A stretch of 64,000 nucleotides of DNA from Mobula hypostoma (lineage: Eukaryota), in NCBI RefSeq assembly GCF_963921235.1, contig NC_086097.1:71736001-71800000 (forward strand), given 5' to 3'. A program made the translations under genes and the position numbers. The notes beneath the pieces are model-generated. The model saw only the letters and a list, made by a program, of their open reading frames with translations, was not told the DNA's origin and searched no databases. Positions 59,279-64,000 of the stretch are shown piece after piece (positions within the stretch are counted from its first letter, which is position 1; every line of letters begins with the position of its first letter).

Positions 59279-62200
59279 AGTACCTCTTCCTAGAGATGCT
59301 GCCTGGCCTGCTGTGTTCACCAGCAATTTTTATGTATGTTGCTTGAAATTCCAGCATCTGTAGATTTCCTCGTGTTTGAGGTTTCTGCATGTTCAAGGTC
59401 TGATTCTGCACTCATTTTAGGTGGCTGTGTCTTTTATGATCTAGGGCCTTCAGTCTTTCTGCCTAACTGGGACACAAGTCATCAGAGTGTCTCAAGCAGT
59501 GAAATTTTGATGCTCTCATTTTACTTTGAACAGGACAGAAATAAATGAAGAAAATCTGATAATCTTCAAGCAATCTGTGTGAAATTGGGTTTTAGTGGAA
59601 GCAAAATGAAAAACTGTTGAGCAAATAGTTTTTCAATGTTATAGGCAGTCATCAACAACACAAATTTGCATTTATATAGGACCTTTAAGCTAGTAAAACA
59701 TCCCAAGGGGTTTCACAAGTGCTTTGCCAGATGAAAATTAATATCTCTATTCAATCAGGTATTAAATCTTCAGCAGATTCAATTACGACATTCAGAAGTT
59801 AACTGGATAAGTTCTTGAATGCTGAAAGCTTGTGGGGGTATGGGAAGATGGTGGGGATGTGGGCTTAGCTCTCCTCTGGAAGTGCAAACATTCCAAGTTT
59901 AGGACAAGTAACCCTGAATGAAGGAAGTTGGTAAATGTTGAATCATAACACAGCATCATCAGGAAATGTGGCAGATCTGAAATCTACTGGCCTTTGATCA
60001 TGGTGCATGAGTAGGAGTCAGTCTAGCAGGAACCACCTCCTGCCTGCTGGCCTGATCTGGTCAGCTAGCCTTTCTGCCATTCCAGTGTCTGCTGACGATG
60101 ACAGCCAACTGCTCTCTTATGTGGCCCAGGAAGCCATTCAGTTTAATAAAGTGCTATATTGGAGTGGTTCAGGAAGGCAGTCCACCATCACCTTGACAGG
60201 GTAAAGAGAATGAACACAAAATGTTATCCTAATCTAGAACCTGAGAGTGAATTATAACATTTAAAACTTGGCATCAATTGAAAGAGAGGAAATCGAGAGG
60301 GAAACATACTCTACAAGATGGCTTGCAAAGTGACATTGATCTGGGATGGAGTTACTGCATGTCTAAATCAGCTGTTTTAGACTCATACTAAACATCAGTA
60401 ATTGCTGGTGTGACTAAAGCATTTATCTATTCATGGTTGAGCTGTCAAAAATGTCACCCACTGGATTGTTCCAGCTGTTAGTACTTGCTCCTGAACAATG
60501 GTGCACATGTGTATCAAGTGTATGTCACTAACTCTCTGTGTCTTCCACCATGGGAGCGGTGACTGCGGAGATGGAGCTCCTGATAGTGCTTGCCCAGGAA
60601 GGCTCTGCTGCTTGGAGGAGTCAGGCACCAATAAAGGAGATAACCCCTGCTGTAAATGGCATAGAAGAGAAGAAAAGGATCAAGATGACAAAGAAAAATG
60701 GAAAGCCAAGTGAGAAAGGTTTGAATGTAGGCTAAATATATAACTGCTTTTGGCAAATCTAAATTTTAATGTTAATATGTTAATAAGCAATGAGCGGTCA
60801 TATTGAGAGAACTGACTAATTTCACCATCTCCTGACATCTTGCTACGTCAGGAGTTGTAGAGCATCATTCCCCAGCTGGATTTCTTTCCCTGTCTTCAAA
60901 GCAACTTGCAGCAAGCTACATTCTAATAAGGTCTACATTTAAAACCTGTGATTCTGAATATCTACCCACTCACACCCCTCAGCCCCATGTACTGACCCTG
61001 GGCTGAGAATAAAATCATCCCCCTTGTATCATGGGTACTGTGGCTGGAACTTCTTCTGCTTTGGAAAATATCTTGTCTCTTCTGCTTCCCATTCAAACAC
61101 ATTTGCATTCAATGTTTAAAAAACCTGTATCAAACAACCTGTCATGCAGCATTTTAAATAGCAATGAAGGATTCCTTTATATACATATAATTGGTAACTA
61201 TGGGCCTGGAAATGATTGTATCACAGTAAAGTAAGGACTTAAAGTCACATTGTCAATGGCCCACCTGCTATCCAACATTATATGATTGAAGATTACTATT
61301 AAAATATACGATGCCTCTCATTTCCTCCTTAAATTAAGGTGCGCAAGGCAGCTTGATTAAAATAAATTTATATTGAACTGTTTATAAGTTACTTCTGTCT
61401 ATATCCTTGCACTCTGCACATTTTAAGTCCTCTTTGAAGATCTGCCAACAAATTCAGAGAGCATGCTGATGAATTCATTTTAGGCTTTGACCAGTTTTAT
61501 GAGTGGACCCTAATTCTGCTCAACGTTTTACTTTTAAACTCATGCAGAGGATCACTGAAGTTTAGACTGGCCTGCACACAATTTATGGTTGGCAATTTGC
61601 AATTTTTCTTTTCCAAATTTAGGCCCAATTGTACTGAAGAAAAAAGATGCAACTGAGTGGAAATGATTACTGGCAGTCTGTAATGCCTGGGCTGCATTAA
61701 AGATCAAGCCTTGCCTACAGAGAGAACAGGTTCACCTGGAAGTGACTGATTAACATGGGTCCTCAGAGGATTGCCCGCTACCTAGTCCATTTAACCAAAA
61801 GAACCACAGCCATACATTATTCAGGCACTGCATTCATTTAACAAGGTCTGATTAAAAAGGATGTTAAAATATCTATAGACTGGAATGGATTTCAGACCAT
61901 TCTAACAAATTTCCCAAGTACTGCGATAGCTCAGCATTTTGGTGAGCAAATTGAAATTGAAATGGCTTGCCTGCCCTGTAATCTATTTCCAGCCAGTACC
62001 ATAGAAGTCGGTAAATGGTACCATGGCAACTATTGAAGTTAGTTCATCTACTGATCAAGCTGCATATTACTGCACTGAGAATTCCTGAGCTGCCTTTGAA
62101 TTCAAAAAGCTGTAAGGGAGACCTTCTGCAGACTGTAAACATACATTGCAGGGAATCTGTAAGGAATTCAGAAGAATTTTGTTTGCTTAATCATCTTCTG

Positions 62201-64000
62201 TATGAAATTTAGCAGACATCTAAAATAAAGTGAGACAGTATCATTAATCAGCTTGAATGGAGATTATGACACATAGAATTTGAGGACACATTGATGACAT
62301 TTAACAACCAATCAAATTTCATCACCTTCCTCCATGACAACAGATGCTGACCTTTACAGCTTCCTATTGAGCTTTCATGCGTTACCTGCAGAAATTAACA
62401 TTAACTGTTCCACACTGCTATTAATGTCACCTGGGAATAGAGATTCATGAATTCATTTATTATACAGACGAGAGACCCATTTTACACTCTAAGCACAGGA
62501 GGGTTGCTTCAAAGAGCTGGTATTTTTGGAAGCTGGCTGAACTACCTATGTGGTTGAGGGATGGCTGCAAGCGACAGAATTAGAAATGTCACTGGCCACA
62601 TTGAAAGACAACTGAGGACATCTTCAAGGAGAAACCTTGAGGCTGAACGTTCATGATTTTCACAGGCTGCGTATAACAAAGAACCAAATGGCTGATTGAA
62701 ATATTTGAAATGAGAAGCATGACGCCAAAAAAGGGTATTAATTTCCGTCTGACATTATCTGCAAAGAACCAGTATAATCTAATTCTTCTCATTATGCCTA
62801 ACAAATGGATTAATATTATAATATTAAAGTCTCAAATTTCCTTGAAACCGGCAGCAAAGTAAGATTGTAAAAGTGGTGTACTGCTTATTTTCACCACAGG
62901 AGGTGTAGGTAATTTTGCTGAACTTCTCTCCAGGCCAAGATTTTATCATTTTTTCTTTATATAGGATATTTTAAAATAGGATAAGGAGTAGAACATCAGA
63001 CCCCTCAAACCTGTCCCACCATCCTACTTGTTCATGGCTTAATTCAGCTGCCCTCAACTTTCCTCTTCTCTGATAAGTTCACCTTCAATCCTGCTCTCAG
63101 GGAACTCTCCATTGAAACCCTGGTCCTCCTCTTAATATAATAACTACTCCCACAGCACATAATGACAAGTGGATCTAAGACTCATGAATTCACAGCAATT
63201 CCAAATCGAACTCTCACTTTTTTGGCTCAAGTTCAACATTCTGCTTGCAGCCCAACCTCATTTTCTGTTTTCTTAAGACTGATGTTATTTTCTGGCTTCA
63301 GTACAGTTGGACAAATGCTGGCATAACCTTGTGGAAATTTTCATTTAACAGTGGTCTATGATTACACATTAATTAGAGGATTTATCATTTAGTCGCCTAT
63401 CACATTACATTAAGTCAAAGACTAGTGTGACATCTGCTAAGAATTATGGTGGCCAATATCAGATGGCACGACTAGGATTCAGGAAAGGTCATGTGTTGGC
63501 TGTGGCATGAGCTAATTTAAGCAGGGAGATGTTTATCATTGCTATAAACGCTGTCCACAATCTTTCAAATACAACAGAGGAGTAAGGAAGTAAAGAAAAT
63601 GATGCAAGGAAAGGTTTCAGATACCAAGCTGGCACCATTTGAAAGACACAACTTTGGAAGATTGCCATGAAAAACTGAATGGTCACCAGCAGGAAAATAG
63701 ATTGAGTTACAAGAACTTTAATTGGGTAGTGCCAATTTTAACTCTTTCTTCCTAAAGCAGATTCCAGTTGTGCTGATCTTAACTCCTCCAAGTCTTCCCT
63801 CTGTTGTCTGGTGCAGAAAATGAGAAGGATACTTCTTCCAGCCTCAGTACAACACGTCAGTTCCAGTTACGCTATGCATGAAGAGCTCCAGTATAATATT
63901 CCTGAGTTGCAGAGAAGTAACAGTAGACCGCTGAGTGACAAGAGGTCAATAGAAAATCTTTTGTTTAATGGATTCACCTAGAGCAAGCATATCTTGATGT

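Larger units (their letters stand above)
58422..59378. mobile_element. Young Penelope-like element forming a long inverted repeat
   Basis: 14-bp TSD aggtttctgcatgt at 58408-58421 and 59379-59392; arms about 58422-58898 and 58945-59340; minus strand across the loop encodes LEEQHLIFCLGSLQPDGMNIDF (Penelope endonuclease C-terminus). Confidence 0.9.

Noticed and set aside
1..64000. CRISPR array, retron, DGR or other prokaryotic RT system
   Set aside because: No regularly spaced direct repeats or operon structure; all RTs are eukaryotic retrotransposon types

Overview
Eukaryotic, AT-rich (roughly 40% GC by eye), repeat-dominated vertebrate DNA. The repeat families (CR1 LINEs, Rex1/Babar, Penelope hairpins, RTE, Tx1/L1, Gypsy) suggest a cartilaginous fish, probably a ray (inference). 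I cannot support any host protein-coding exon, so the window looks intronic or intergenic, and every recognisable ORF is transposon-derived. Highlights: (1) several Penelope-like insertions with target-site duplications (TSDs), folded into inverted repeats that carry minimal type-I hammerhead ribozyme motifs, one of them intact at 59244-59278; (2) a fold-back MITE at 16097-17900 with hAT-like ends and an 8-bp TSD whose arms are partly made of Tc1 transposase sequence, into which a Rex1 copy inserted and created an in-frame 384-aa Tc1/RT chimeric ORF, all inside a four-level nest; (3) a heavily decayed Gypsy provirus (about 45250-52800), barely visible in the ORF track and split by younger insertions; (4) a perfect 31-bp-arm hairpin at 42763-42830; (5) a near-intact CR1 ORF2 of 859 aa. 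Family names come from recognising motifs by eye, not from database searches, and boundaries without TSDs are approximate.
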